A stretch of 61,713 nt of DNA, the filler included. It is 5 parts of 5 records of this genome, joined end to end, with 100 filler letters (N's around TTAATTAATTAA, not from the genome) between each part and the next. Parts side by side here need not be neighbours in the genome. Positions count along the whole stretch, not along the records: positions 19,625 to 27,517 come from SRR20825010_2370; positions 27,618 to 45,922 come from SRR20825010_2380; 3 more parts are not named here. The stretch is one strand, 5' to 3'. Below the pieces are notes generated by a model. That model was not told the origin of the DNA. It ran no database searches and was given only the letters and a program-made list of their open reading frames with translations. Position numbers and translations under genes: made by a program. Shown in pieces: positions 19,625 through 30,012 of the stretch (the stretch's first letter is position 1; the number at the start of each line of letters is the position of its first letter).

Positions 19625-19654
19625 GTGGAGGTTCAAGTCCTCTCCTCGGCACCA
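19625..19654 (+). tRNA. 3' end of a tRNA, probably tRNA-Leu (partial, or an att-site copy)
   Basis: GTGGAGGTTCAAGTCCTCTCCTCGGCACCA: T-arm with GTTCAA loop, acceptor strand CTCGGC, discriminator A and CCA. Anticodon not visible. Confidence 0.75.
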
Positions 19655-19774
19655 CTTCCTCCCTCAGGAAGTGTTAAGAATCCAACACCTTTATAAGCAC
19701 ATGTCGCAACAGATCTGCGCTCGAAAACGCATGACTCTCCGCACGTTCGCGAAGAGCCTGACCGCAGCCCTGGC

Positions 19775-21628
19775 TTACTCCACCAGCCCCGACAAATACT
19801 CCGAGAGCCGTTGATAGGTGTAATTCACCCGGGCATAGGCCGCAGAAGGCGCTCTTTCGAACTCCCGCCCACAGGCCCGGCTGCCGCCATGACGATTCAG
19901 GTAGGCGATGTTGATCAGGCTGGGCTGGTCTGCCACGAACTCGCTGGAATTGTCGAACGGGTAGTAGAACGCCCAGTCAAACCCTTCTGTATTGCTGACC
20001 CCAGGCGTGGAACTCATTTCTTCATCCAGGAAGCCAAACCGTAGCGGCCGGAAACGGTCATTGCGAGTATCGAACTCCAGCGCCGGCGAGGTGAACTCGT
20101 CCGGTAGCGTGATACTGCCGGTGACCGTGAAAGGCTGCTGGGCAGACACCACCTGCGCCGCATCAACGTCCTCCGGATCAATATCCCCTTCGCAGGATTG
20201 GACACTACTCGTGAGCGCCACAATCTCCTCGTTCACGCCATCGACGGAACGCGTGAAACCGAAAAAGGCATCGTTGGCGAACTGATAGTCGGGGCGCAAA
20301 ATTTCCGTCTTGCTATCGGAAGTTGCTGTCAGGGACTCGACCCGGGCATCCGCCATGGTCCACTCGTAACGGATCGCCGGCGGGCCACCCAATGCCGAGG
20401 ACGACGCCAGTCCAGGATGGCAGGTGGTGGTGGTTTCGAACGTCGCGGTACGGTCCTGCCAGTTGAATGTCAGCCGCTCATCGGCCCCTTCAACCTCATG
20501 GTAGCTGGCACTCTCCTGGGACAATGATATCGAAGGCATCCATTGCACATCGGTATCGGCGATTTTGCCACGGGCATTGATCAAGCGGGCCATCTCTCTC
20601 ATTGACGGCATCATGCACCCGTTCGCCGTCACGGCCGTTAACCGGCCATCTTCCGAGTAGTCGAACTCCAGTTCAGCGGACACGCTGAGGTTGGACATTG
20701 TGGCCGGCAACTCGCTCCCCTCCCCCCTGGCGAGAACTGTCTGGCGCTCAAGGATAACCGGATCGTCCAGCTCAACCGGCACTTCCGGCAATTCCAGCTC
20801 ATCAATGTTGATGTTCTCGTAATTGCCTTGGGAAGCGGCGGCATCAACCACCTGAACCACCTCCAGGGCATTGCGGGCAAAGGATATACCGAGAAGATAA
20901 ACCGCCTCTTCACTCAGGTAGCGTTCACGTCCGTCACCATTGCGCAGGAGATTGGCGTACTCCGGCGGGAACTGGCTGGCCATGAAGCGGGCGAAGGCGC
21001 GGGCGTATGCGTGGGCACGGTGATCACCGGACCGGATATAGTTACTGACCAGGTTCACGTTGCCGAGAGCATCAGACAGATCGGTACTGATGACCGAAAG
21101 ATCCTGCAACCCAATCAGGCGGCGCTGCCGCACCAGGTGGCTCAATGGCGTGACATTGCGCACGCCAGGGGGCGCACTAAGCAGGTAGGCGTCTTCCAGC
21201 ACCACTTCCCCGATGCGGGTCTGCTCCATGGTCTGGCCAGGCAGCACCACGGCAAACAGCGGAAAGTCCCTGGGATCGATATCCGGGGATATGGACGGGT
21301 CCTGCACCAGTTCCGCAGTATCCAGCGAGAAGACGCCACCTTCTCCCGTTAACGCGGTAGGCTCTCCGTTCCGCAGGGTTATTTCCGTGCCGGCGCTGTT
21401 TTCAAAGGTCATCGGGCCCGGTGTGTATTGGCTGTCACCGTCCATGTCCAGCCACACCCTGGCATTGCGCAGGTAGCCGTCAATCACCCGGCCTGTATAG
21501 GGCTCGGGCTCGCTGTAATCCTCGGCGTCAAAGTCACGACCATCGACCGGTGACTTGTCGGATTCCTCGCCGCAACCGGCAAGGGCCAGCGTGAACAGGG
21601 CAACTGTAAAGGAGAGCAGACGTTTCAT
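19775..21628 (-). CDS. large acidic lipoprotein of unknown function
   Basis: MKRLLSFTVALFTLALAG-C lipobox; N-terminal GRVIDGYLRNARVWLDMDGD motif; 617 aa. Confidence 0.8.
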   Translation of the reverse strand: MKRLLSFTVALFTLALAGCGEESDKSPVDGRDFDAEDYSEPEPYTGRVIDGYLRNARVWLDMDGDSQYTPGPMTFENSAGTEITLRNGEPTALTGEGGVFSLDTAELVQDPSISPDIDPRDFPLFAVVLPGQTMEQTRIGEVVLEDAYLLSAPPGVRNVTPLSHLVRQRRLIGLQDLSVISTDLSDALGNVNLVSNYIRSGDHRAHAYARAFARFMASQFPPEYANLLRNGDGRERYLSEEAVYLLGISFARNALEVVQVVDAAASQGNYENINIDELELPEVPVELDDPVILERQTVLARGEGSELPATMSNLSVSAELEFDYSEDGRLTAVTANGCMMPSMREMARLINARGKIADTDVQWMPSISLSQESASYHEVEGADERLTFNWQDRTATFETTTTCHPGLASSSALGGPPAIRYEWTMADARVESLTATSDSKTEILRPDYQFANDAFFGFTRSVDGVNEEIVALTSSVQSCEGDIDPEDVDAAQVVSAQQPFTVTGSITLPDEFTSPALEFDTRNDRFRPLRFGFLDEEMSSTPGVSNTEGFDWAFYYPFDNSSEFVADQPSLINIAYLNRHGGSRACGREFERAPSAAYARVNYTYQRLSEYLSGLVE

Positions 21629-21728
21629 CGCGGCAACCATTGTCCTTGTTAGAGGTTGTGCCGCTACTGTAGGGGATGTTGCCGGGGGGAACCTTGATAG
21701 GTTTGGCAATTTGTAAACTTAGGTAACG

Positions 21729-21761
21729 AAAACGCGCCGCGGGAGCTGTCCCTGCGGCGCG
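21729..21761 (-). terminator. intrinsic terminator after acyl-CoA dehydrogenase
   Basis: GC hairpin CGCGCCGCGGGA..TCCCTGCGGCGCG followed by TTTT on the minus strand. Confidence 0.6.
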
Positions 21762-21781
21762 CTAACGGGCACAAGCGCCTA

Positions 21782-22927
21782 CTAGAACGAGCGCGCAACA
21801 ATCTCTTTCATGATCTCATTGGTGCCGGCGTAGATACGCTGTACCCGCGAGTCCGCCCAGGCGCGGGCGATGGGATACTCCCACATGTAGCCGTAGCCGC
21901 CGTAAAGCTGCACGCACTCGTCCATGACTTTGCACTGCAGGTCGGTGGTATGCTGTTTCAGCATGGCTGCCGTTGGAATATCCAGCTTCTTTTCCAGGTG
22001 CAGTTCCAGGCAACGGTCACAGAAGACGCGGGCAGCGGTAATTTCCGCCTTCATCTCCGCCATTTTGAAGCGGGTATTCTGGAACGCTATCACCGGTTTG
22101 CCGAACGCCTTGCGCTCCTTCACGTAATCCAGCGTCCACTCCCACGCGGCTTCCGCAGCAGCGACGGCGGTCAGGCCCACCTGCAGGCGCTCCGCCGGCA
22201 ACTCCGCCATCAGTTGGAAGAAGCCCTGGCCTTCCATTGATCCCAAAAGCTTATCCGCAGGCACCTGAACGTCCTGGAAGAACAGCTCGGAGGTGTCCTG
22301 CGCTTTCATCCCCACCTTATTCAGGTTCTGCCCTTTCTCGAACCCTTCCCAGGCGGTTTCCACCAACAACAGGCTGGTGCCCTTGGCGCCTTCTTTCGGA
22401 TCGGTTTTGGCCACCACGATCACCAGGTCCGCCAGCTGGCCGTTGGTAATAAAGGTCTTGGAGCCATTGAGTACGTAATGGTCGCCAGAAGCGTTTTTCA
22501 CCGCCGTGGTTTTCACCCCCTGCAAGTCGGAACCTGCGCCCGGCTCGGTCATGGCGATGGCACCGATCATTTCGCCGGTTGCCAGTTTCGGCAGGTAATA
22601 CTGTTTCTGTTCTTCGGAGCCGTAATTGAGGATATAGGGGGCAACGATGTCGGAATGCAATGTCCAGCCGATGCCGGACAGGCCCGCCCTGGACACCTCC
22701 TCCATGATGACAGCGCTGTAGCGGAAGTCCGCGCCTACGCCGCCGTATTCTTCCGGCATGGTCGGGCAGAGGAAACCAAGTTCGCCGGCCTTCTTCCAGA
22801 GCTCCCGGCTGACCTGGCCATCTTTCTCCCACTGTTCATGGTAGGGCGCCGCTTCCTGTTGCAGAAACTTGCGGACGGAATCCCGGAAGCCGTCAAGGTC
22901 GGCGTCAAAGACTGTGCGTGGAATCAT
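21782..22927 (-). CDS. long-chain acyl-CoA dehydrogenase
   Basis: AIAMTEPGAGSDLQG, NGSKTFITNG, ELPAERL, YGGYGYMWEYPIAR, IYAGTNEIMK; GAGGT RBS. Confidence 0.93.
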   Translation of the reverse strand: MIPRTVFDADLDGFRDSVRKFLQQEAAPYHEQWEKDGQVSRELWKKAGELGFLCPTMPEEYGGVGADFRYSAVIMEEVSRAGLSGIGWTLHSDIVAPYILNYGSEEQKQYYLPKLATGEMIGAIAMTEPGAGSDLQGVKTTAVKNASGDHYVLNGSKTFITNGQLADLVIVVAKTDPKEGAKGTSLLLVETAWEGFEKGQNLNKVGMKAQDTSELFFQDVQVPADKLLGSMEGQGFFQLMAELPAERLQVGLTAVAAAEAAWEWTLDYVKERKAFGKPVIAFQNTRFKMAEMKAEITAARVFCDRCLELHLEKKLDIPTAAMLKQHTTDLQCKVMDECVQLYGGYGYMWEYPIARAWADSRVQRIYAGTNEIMKEIVARSF

Positions 22928-23045
22928 GGTGTACCTCGGTGAATGACTGTGTTGTGGTTGTCGTTCACCAAGTCTCGGGGGCGCGGCGTTTTCGCTCAAT
23001 GATGAAAAGCATCAATCGGGCTGACCAAAACCATCGCCCATCGGT

Positions 23046-23693
23046 TCAGTCGGGCTGTTTCGCCTTCGCCCTCTCCTCGCCCCAGCGCGGCATCAGATCC
23101 TGGGGCAGGCCCAGGTGATCCAGAAGTCGGGCAACGATGAAATCCACCAGGTCACTCACGGAATTCGGCCTATGATAGAACCCCGGACTGGCCGGCATGA
23201 TGACCGCCCCCATGCGGGTCAGGCGCAGCATGTTTTCCAGGTGCACTTCCGAAAAGGGCGCTTCCCGGGGCACCAGGATCAATTGCCGCCGCTCTTTAAG
23301 GGCGACATCTCCGGCGCGCTCGATCAGGTTGTTACTGGCGCCGGTGGCCAGGGCAGACAGGGTGCCGGTACTGCAGGGACAAATCACCAACGGGGCTTTT
23401 TCACCCGAACCAGAAGCCGGCGGGGCGAACCAGTCTTCACGGCCGAACACCAGCACCTGCCCCGGACGGGCGCTGGCATAGCTGGCAAGCGCTTCCTGCA
23501 TGGCGGCGGTGTTGCCCGGTAATTTCAGATCGGTTTCCGTGGCGATCACTACCTGTGCCGCCTTGCTGACCATCACATGCACCCGGCAGTTCGCCGCCAC
23601 CAGGCACTGCAACAAACGCAAGCCGTACTGGGCGCCAGAGGCACCGGTAAAGGCCAGATTGATCACCCGCTGTTTTTCGGACGCTGCCGTCAT
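23046..23693 (-). CDS. ubiX: flavin prenyltransferase
   Basis: [41 protein letters not shown]. Confidence 0.95.
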   Translation of the reverse strand: MTAASEKQRVINLAFTGASGAQYGLRLLQCLVAANCRVHVMVSKAAQVVIATETDLKLPGNTAAMQEALASYASARPGQVLVFGREDWFAPPASGSGEKAPLVICPCSTGTLSALATGASNNLIERAGDVALKERRQLILVPREAPFSEVHLENMLRLTRMGAVIMPASPGFYHRPNSVSDLVDFIVARLLDHLGLPQDLMPRWGEERAKAKQPD

Positions 23694-23735
23694 AACTGAA
23701 GTTTCCTGATTGGATAGCGGAGGCAGGATGCCCCG

Positions 23736-25130
23736 TCAGCCGGATTCGCGTTCCAGTTCGGCAATCAGCTTCTGGTGAATACCGCCAAAACCGCCGTTAC
23801 TCATAATGACAATATGGCAGGGACCGGATACCTGATCCAGAACCTGGCCGATCAGTTCCTCAACGCTGGCCCCGACACGATGGCGATCCGGTGTTGCCGA
23901 CTCGGGACTACGGCCCTCAACTAATGCTGGCAACCAGTCCATGCCATTGAGATTGGCCCAGAATACCTGATTCGCCGCTGCAGCACTGGGCAGCAGGCTC
24001 TCCTGGTGAAAACCTTGCTGCATGGTGTTGGAGCGTGGCTCGATCAGCGCAAGGATGGTCTCATCGCCCACCTTGTGGCGTAGGCCCTCCAGCGTGGTAG
24101 CGATGGCCGTCGGATGATGGGCAAAGTCGTCGTAGACACAGACACCACCAACATCCGCAAGCAGCTCCATCCTGCGTTTGACGCCCGAAAAGCGGCACAG
24201 CGCCGCCACGGCATGGTCCGGGGTAACACCCACATGGCGGGCTGCTGCGATGGCCGCGAGGGCGTTGCGCACGTTGTGCAGGCCGGTTTGAGACCAACTG
24301 ACTGAAGCCACCGGCTGTTCGTGGTGCACCACCATGAATCGACTGCCATCCTCAGCCAACAGCTCCGCCCGCCAGTCGGCCATATAGGGCACTTCGCTGC
24401 CCACAGAGGTAGCCTGCACGCTGCTCCAGCAGCCAAGTTCCAACGCCCGATCAAGATGGGCATCCAGGGCCGGGCGCACAATCAACCCACGGGACGGCAC
24501 CGTTCTGACCAGATGATGGAACTGACGCTCGATGGCTTCAACGTTGTCAAAAATATCCGCGTGATCAAACTCGAGATTGTTGAGGATTAGGGTATGGGGA
24601 CGATAGTGGACAAACTTGGAGCGCTTATCGAAGAAGGCGCTGTCGTATTCATCGGCCTCAATAACGAAAAAGTCGCTACTCCCCAACCGTGCCGAAACCG
24701 GGAAATCATTGGGGACCCCACCTATCAGATAGCCCGGTTCCAACCCGGCCTGCTCCAGGATCCACAACAACATGGCGGTTGTGGTGGTTTTGCCGTGGGT
24801 CCCGGCAACCGCCAGCACCCAGCGGTGACGCAGAACCTCTCGCGCCAGCCATTCCGGGCCGGACATGTAATCAATATTCTGGTTAAGAACCGCTTCCACC
24901 TCCGGGTTGCCCCGGGACATGGCGTTACCAACCAGAACCAGGTCCGGCTGAGGCTTGAGGTTGTCAGGATCGTAACCTTCCATTAACCCGATTCCCTGGG
25001 CCTCCAACTGGGTACTCATGGGCGGGTAAACCCCCTGATCGGAGCCCGTCACGGTGTGCCCGAGCTCCCTCGCCAGTACGGCCAGACTGCCCATGAAGGT
25101 GCCACAGATTCCCAGGATATGGATGTGCAT
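23736..25130 (-). CDS. mpl: UDP-MurNAc:L-Ala-gamma-D-Glu-meso-DAP ligase
   Basis: MHIHILGICGTFMG, GTHGKTTT, EADEYDSAFFDKRSKF, DDFAHHPT, MSNGGFGG. Confidence 0.97.
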   Translation of the reverse strand: MHIHILGICGTFMGSLAVLARELGHTVTGSDQGVYPPMSTQLEAQGIGLMEGYDPDNLKPQPDLVLVGNAMSRGNPEVEAVLNQNIDYMSGPEWLAREVLRHRWVLAVAGTHGKTTTTAMLLWILEQAGLEPGYLIGGVPNDFPVSARLGSSDFFVIEADEYDSAFFDKRSKFVHYRPHTLILNNLEFDHADIFDNVEAIERQFHHLVRTVPSRGLIVRPALDAHLDRALELGCWSSVQATSVGSEVPYMADWRAELLAEDGSRFMVVHHEQPVASVSWSQTGLHNVRNALAAIAAARHVGVTPDHAVAALCRFSGVKRRMELLADVGGVCVYDDFAHHPTAIATTLEGLRHKVGDETILALIEPRSNTMQQGFHQESLLPSAAAANQVFWANLNGMDWLPALVEGRSPESATPDRHRVGASVEELIGQVLDQVSGPCHIVIMSNGGFGGIHQKLIAELERESG

Positions 25131-25284
25131 TCGGTTATCGACCTCTTAAATGAAACCTGCAAAGCGTCCCGTATAGAATGCGGGTCGTCAAGCGTTCCTT
25201 ATGACGTTTGATGTCATGAAAAAAAAAAGCGATTGGCGTATCATCTGCCGCACTTGATGAAACTGCAGGAGGCACCAGCCGGAA

Positions 25285-26547
25285 ATGGCCACCAGAAATG
25301 CATTCTATGCCCAATCAGGCGGTGTGACCGCCGTCATTAACGCCAGTGCCTGCGGGGTTATCCAGACCGCCCGCAAGCACCCCGATCAGATCGGTAAGTT
25401 GTACGCCGGGCGTAACGGAATCATCGGCGCGCTCAAAGAGGAACTGATTGATACCAGCCTCGAAAGCGATGAGGATATCCAGGCGCTGATCCACACTCCG
25501 GGCGGTGCGTTCGGGTCATGCCGCCATAAACTGAAGAACTTTTCCGAGAATAAACGCGAGTACGAGCGCCTGATCGAGGTGTTCCGCGCTCACGACATTG
25601 GCTATTTCTTCTACAACGGTGGCGGCGATTCCCAGGATACCGCGTACAAGGTGTCCCAACTTGCTGAAAAAATGGGCTACCCGATTACCTGCATCGGCGT
25701 ACCCAAAACGGTGGATAACGACCTGCCCTTCACCGACTGCTGCCCCGGTTTCGGCTCGGTGGCCAAGTACATCGCCACCTCTACCCTGGAAGCCAGCCTG
25801 GACATTCGCTCCATGTGCGACACCTCCACCAAGGTATTCATCCTGGAAGTGATGGGGCGCCACGCTGGCTGGATCGCGGCGTCTGGTGGCCTTGCCGGGA
25901 AAGGCGAAGGCGAGCCGCCTCACGTTATCCTGTTCCCGGAAGTGCCCTTCGAGCGTGAGCGCTTCCTTGAACGTGTGGATTTCTGCGTCAAGGAGTACGG
26001 CTACTGCGTGGTCGTCGCCTCGGAAGGCGCCCAGTATGAAGACGGCCGCTTCCTGGCCGACGCTGGCGCCAAGGATGCCTTCGGTCATACCCAGCTCGGC
26101 GGCGTCGCGCCAGCGCTGGCCAATATGGTGCGCCAGGCCCTGGGCCACAAGTACCATTGGGCCGTAGCCGATTACCTGCAGCGCAGCGCCCGCCACATTG
26201 CGTCCGCTACGGACGTGGAGCAGGCCTACTCCGTAGGCAAGGTGGCCGTGGAAATGGCGCTGGCAGGTAAACAGGCGCTGATGCCAACGATTGTGCGCGA
26301 ACAGTCACGCCCCTATCGCTGGCACATTGGTGAGGCGCCGTTGAGCGAGGTCGCCAACCAGGAGAAGAAAATGCCGATCCATTACATCACGGATGACGGC
26401 TACGGCATCACGCAAGATTGCCGCGACTACCTGGAGCCACTGATTCACGGCGAGAGCTTCCCGCCGTTCGATGATGGTCTTCCGAGGGTCGCAAAGCTTA
26501 AGAATCAGCTGGTCGAGAAAAAACTGAAAGCCGACTTCCAGTTCTAA
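25285..26547 (+). CDS. 6-phosphofructokinase, PPi-type signature
   Basis: QSGGVTAVIN, NGGGDS, PKTVDND, EVMGRHAGW. Confidence 0.92.
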   Translation: MATRNAFYAQSGGVTAVINASACGVIQTARKHPDQIGKLYAGRNGIIGALKEELIDTSLESDEDIQALIHTPGGAFGSCRHKLKNFSENKREYERLIEVFRAHDIGYFFYNGGGDSQDTAYKVSQLAEKMGYPITCIGVPKTVDNDLPFTDCCPGFGSVAKYIATSTLEASLDIRSMCDTSTKVFILEVMGRHAGWIAASGGLAGKGEGEPPHVILFPEVPFERERFLERVDFCVKEYGYCVVVASEGAQYEDGRFLADAGAKDAFGHTQLGGVAPALANMVRQALGHKYHWAVADYLQRSARHIASATDVEQAYSVGKVAVEMALAGKQALMPTIVREQSRPYRWHIGEAPLSEVANQEKKMPIHYITDDGYGITQDCRDYLEPLIHGESFPPFDDGLPRVAKLKNQLVEKKLKADFQF

Positions 26548-26560
26548 GCCGCTGACCTAC

Positions 26561-26601
26561 AAAAAAGGCGCCACCGAATCATCGGCTGGCGCCTTTTTTT
26601 T
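26561..26601. terminator. bidirectional intrinsic terminator
   Basis: AAAAAAGGCGCCA...TGGCGCCTTTTTTTT between convergent pfk and grxA. Confidence 0.88.
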
Positions 26602-26611
26602 GCAGAACCGT

Positions 26612-26863
26612 TTATCCACCGGCAGCTTCAAACCTCTGCACGTACTGCGAGAAATGGTCGAACCCGCCAACGTGTTCTTCGCCCACAAAGATCTGGGGCA
26701 CCGTATGTACGGGCTTACCAATGGTTATTTCCAGATCCGCCTTGCTGATGCCTTCCTCGATCATGTCCACGTAGCGGTAGGGAATATCCCTGATCTCGCA
26801 AAGTTGCCGGGCGCGCATACAAAAACCGCAGGATGCACGACCGTAGATGGTGACATGATCCAT
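26612..26863 (-). CDS. grxA: glutaredoxin (GrxA type)
   Basis: VTIYGRASCGFC, EGISKADL, TVPQIF..HVGG; AGGAG RBS. Confidence 0.9.
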   Translation of the reverse strand: MDHVTIYGRASCGFCMRARQLCEIRDIPYRYVDMIEEGISKADLEITIGKPVHTVPQIFVGEEHVGGFDHFSQYVQRFEAAGG

Positions 26864-27048
26864 AAACTCACTCCTGTTCGAAACAATGGGCGACCCTGCG
26901 TATTGTGTTGCAGTCGTCGACAAGCTGTACCGTATGGTGGCACGCCCAATGAAAAAATAAAATTAATGAACTGAATGGCGCCGATAGCCTGGACTGATGT
27001 ATCCAGCGCTACCGGTGTTTCTCGGTGCAGCCTTACCTAACCGTGTGT

Positions 27049-27517
27049 TCAGGTTTTCAGGCGGCTCAACTCCGTCTCCAGCACTTTCACTTGCTCATCC
27101 AGTGTCTGCCCGCTGCCACTGACCCGTTGCGCCAATGCCCGAAGATCGTTGGCGGCGTCACCGATACGGGTGAGGTTGCGGTTGATCTCTTCACTGACGG
27201 AACTTTGCTCTTCCGCTGCCGTGGCCACATGGGTGACGTGTTCCACAATGGTTGCTATGCGCTCAACTACTGAGGCCAGAGAATGGTCCGCTTCACGGGT
27301 TCCCTCCACCGCTCTGGTGGCGCGATCAACGCCACCCTTGATCACGGTAACGGCTCCGCCCACGTCGCTTTGAAGGCCATCAATCATCTGACTGATCTCA
27401 TCGGTGGACTCACGGGTACGGGACGCCAGTGTTCTGACCTCGTCTGCCACAACCGCAAAGCCACGCCCCTGCTCCCCCGCTCGCGCCGCTTCAATGGCGG
27501 CGTTCAGCGCCAGCAGG
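27049..27517 (-). CDS. methyl-accepting chemotaxis protein, C-terminal fragment
   Basis: [34 protein letters not shown] signalling hairpin, read from the contig edge. Confidence 0.95.
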
Positions 27518-27617
27518 NNNNNNNNNNNNNNNNNNNNNNNNNNNNNNNNNNNNNNNNNNNNTTAATTAATTAANNNNNNNNNNNNNNNNNNNNNNNNNNN
27601 NNNNNNNNNNNNNNNNN
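27518..27617. other. artificial contig linker
   Basis: N-run/TTAATTAATTAA/N-run. Confidence 0.99.
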
Positions 27618-28355
27618 GACCGGCACCAGCGTGTTCTTCAGCGCGTGGTTATAATTGATCCGGTTTTCCGGCAGGCCGCGCGCCCGGGCGAACTTGATGA
27701 AATCGGTCCGCATGATCTCGAGCATTTCGGCCCGCACCAGCCGGAGGATCATGGTCACCTGGAACAGACTGAGCGTGAGTGCCGGCAGCAGGATGCTGCG
27801 CCAGCCGTCAACAGTGAGCAGACTTGTCTTCCAACCGCCAAGTTCGACGGTTCCGGCCCGGCCGGAAGATGGCAAGACGCCCATATTCACGGCGAAGATA
27901 TAGATCAGGCTGATGCCGATAATGAAGGTCGGCAAACTGACCCCGACAAGGGAGACAGTCAGCACCGCCTTGCTGATCCAGCTGGTCCGGTTGATTCCCG
28001 TGAACACGCCGAGCGGGATCCCCAGACCGAGCGCGATCAATGCGGAGACAAAGACCAGCTCCAAAGTCGCCGGGATCCGTTCGGCGATCATCTCCGTCAC
28101 GGACCGCTTGGTCCGGTAGGAGAGACCGAACTCACCCTGCAAGGCGTTTTGCATGAAGCGGGCATACTGAACGAAGAACGGGTCCTCGAGGCCAAGCACC
28201 TCGCGGATCCGCTGCCGGTCCTCAAGCGTTGCTTCCTGGCCAACCATGTTGTCGACCGGATCGCCAACATAGTTGAAGAGCGAGAAGGAAATGAAAGACA
28301 CCGCAGCCATGACCACAAGGGCCTGCAGCATGCGGCGCGCGATATAAGTAATCAT
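27618..28355 (-). CDS. peptide/nickel ABC transporter permease (DppB-like), 3'-truncated
   Basis: YIARR..QA, GEFGLSY, PATLEL, FIKFARARGL...HALKN. Confidence 0.92.
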
Positions 28356-28443
28356 GCGCGTGAGGCTCGCCTGAAACTGTTTTTAGGTGCCCGGAAGGCT
28401 GAGGGCGGCGGATATACCGCCGCCCCCGAAATCCGGCAAGCTG

Positions 28444-30012
28444 CTACTGCAGTTTCGCCCGGCGGAACTGCGGCGAGTCGTTCGGCCTGATCGGGAGATC
28501 AAGCTTCGTCGACATGCCCCAGCCGATGACCTGGTGGTGGATCGGCAGATAGACGATTTCATCCTTCACGATCTTCCATGCTTCCGCGATCATCTCGTCG
28601 CGCTTGGCGAGATCGGTCTCGACCGCGAATGCATCGGTCAACTCGTCAACCCTTGCATTGGCAAAGCCGGTGCCGTTCCAGCTGCCTTTGCTGTGCAACA
28701 GATAGCTGAAGACATAATGGGAATCGAGCGTCGGCACGCCCCAGCCCAGCATGTAGAAATCGCTGACCCGGTTTTTGATTTTCGGGAAATGCTGGCTCTT
28801 CGGAATGGCGTCAAGCTTCACCGTCACGCCAATCTTGGCCAGCATGGCCACCGCCGCCTGACAGATCTTTTCGTCGTTGTTATAGCGGTTGTTCGGGCAG
28901 TCGAGCTGGATGGTGAAACCATTCGGATAGCCAGCGTCAGCGAGCAGGCCCTTGGCCGCTGCGGGATCAAACGGTCGCCGCTTGTCGAGTTCCTTGGTGA
29001 AACCATGCACGCCCGGAGACGTGATGATTCCGGCCGGGAAGGAAAGCCCTTCCATGACGACACGCTGGATCGCGTCGACGTCGAGTGCCTGATAGAAAGC
29101 CTGGCGCACACGCTTGTCCTGGAACGGGTTCTTGCCCTTGACGTCCGAACTGCGCAGCTCGGCAACACCCTGGTCCATGCCGAAGAAGATCGTCCGGATC
29201 TGATTGACCGTGACGGTCTTCAACTCGGCGGAAGAATCGATGCGCTTCAGATCCTGCAGCGGCGGATCGAGCACGAAGTCGACTTCACCGGAGAGCAGCG
29301 CCGCCACGCGGGTCGCCGCATTCTTGATCGGGCGGTACTCGATCTTGTCGATATTATGCTCAGCATTCGCCGCGCCCCACCAGTTCGGGTTCTTGACCAG
29401 AACCGTCAACTCGTCCGGCAGGCGCTGATCGACGATGAAAGGCCCGGTGCCATTGGCATTGCGCACCGCGAATGTTTCCTCGCCAGCGGCGAAGTCCTGC
29501 GGCTCCAGAACGTTGTTCTTCTCAGCCCAGCCTTTGTCCATGATGAAGAGATTGGTGATCTCGTTCGGCAGGATCGGGTTCGGGCCGTCGGTCATGAACT
29601 GGACCGTATAGTCGTCGATGATCTTCACTTCCTTGATCGACTTGACCTGCTCCTTGAAGTCGGAGCTCTTCGCCTGCGCACGCGCGACGCTGAAGGCCAC
29701 GTCTTCGGCCGTAAAGTCAGCGCCGTCATGGAATTTCACGCCCTTGCGCAGCTTGAATTCCCAGCCGTCCGTCCCGAGCGGCTTCCAGATCTCAGCGAGC
29801 GAGGGCTCCAGGACCATGTCGCTGTCGCGGGTGACAAGCGGCTCGTAGATCTGACCGCTCATACTGTTGGTCGGGCCCTCGTTCTGGCCCATCGGATCCA
29901 GCGTGAGAGCGTCGCCCTGGCTTGTCCAACGCAACACATTCTCTGCCTGAGCCGCGCCGGCTAACATCGTCGTCGACATCATCGCGGCAATCGCGATCGT
30001 GCGGATACTCAT
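28444..30012 (-). CDS. ABC transporter substrate-binding protein, family 5
   Basis: Signal peptide MSIRTIAIAAMMSTTMLAGAAQA; LRKGVKFHDG..FTAEDV, GTGPF, RVAALLSGE, CPNNRY. Confidence 0.92.
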   Translation of the reverse strand: MSIRTIAIAAMMSTTMLAGAAQAENVLRWTSQGDALTLDPMGQNEGPTNSMSGQIYEPLVTRDSDMVLEPSLAEIWKPLGTDGWEFKLRKGVKFHDGADFTAEDVAFSVARAQAKSSDFKEQVKSIKEVKIIDDYTVQFMTDGPNPILPNEITNLFIMDKGWAEKNNVLEPQDFAAGEETFAVRNANGTGPFIVDQRLPDELTVLVKNPNWWGAANAEHNIDKIEYRPIKNAATRVAALLSGEVDFVLDPPLQDLKRIDSSAELKTVTVNQIRTIFFGMDQGVAELRSSDVKGKNPFQDKRVRQAFYQALDVDAIQRVVMEGLSFPAGIITSPGVHGFTKELDKRRPFDPAAAKGLLADAGYPNGFTIQLDCPNNRYNNDEKICQAAVAMLAKIGVTVKLDAIPKSQHFPKIKNRVSDFYMLGWGVPTLDSHYVFSYLLHSKGSWNGTGFANARVDELTDAFAVETDLAKRDEMIAEAWKIVKDEIVYLPIHHQVIGWGMSTKLDLPIRPNDSPQFRRAKLQ

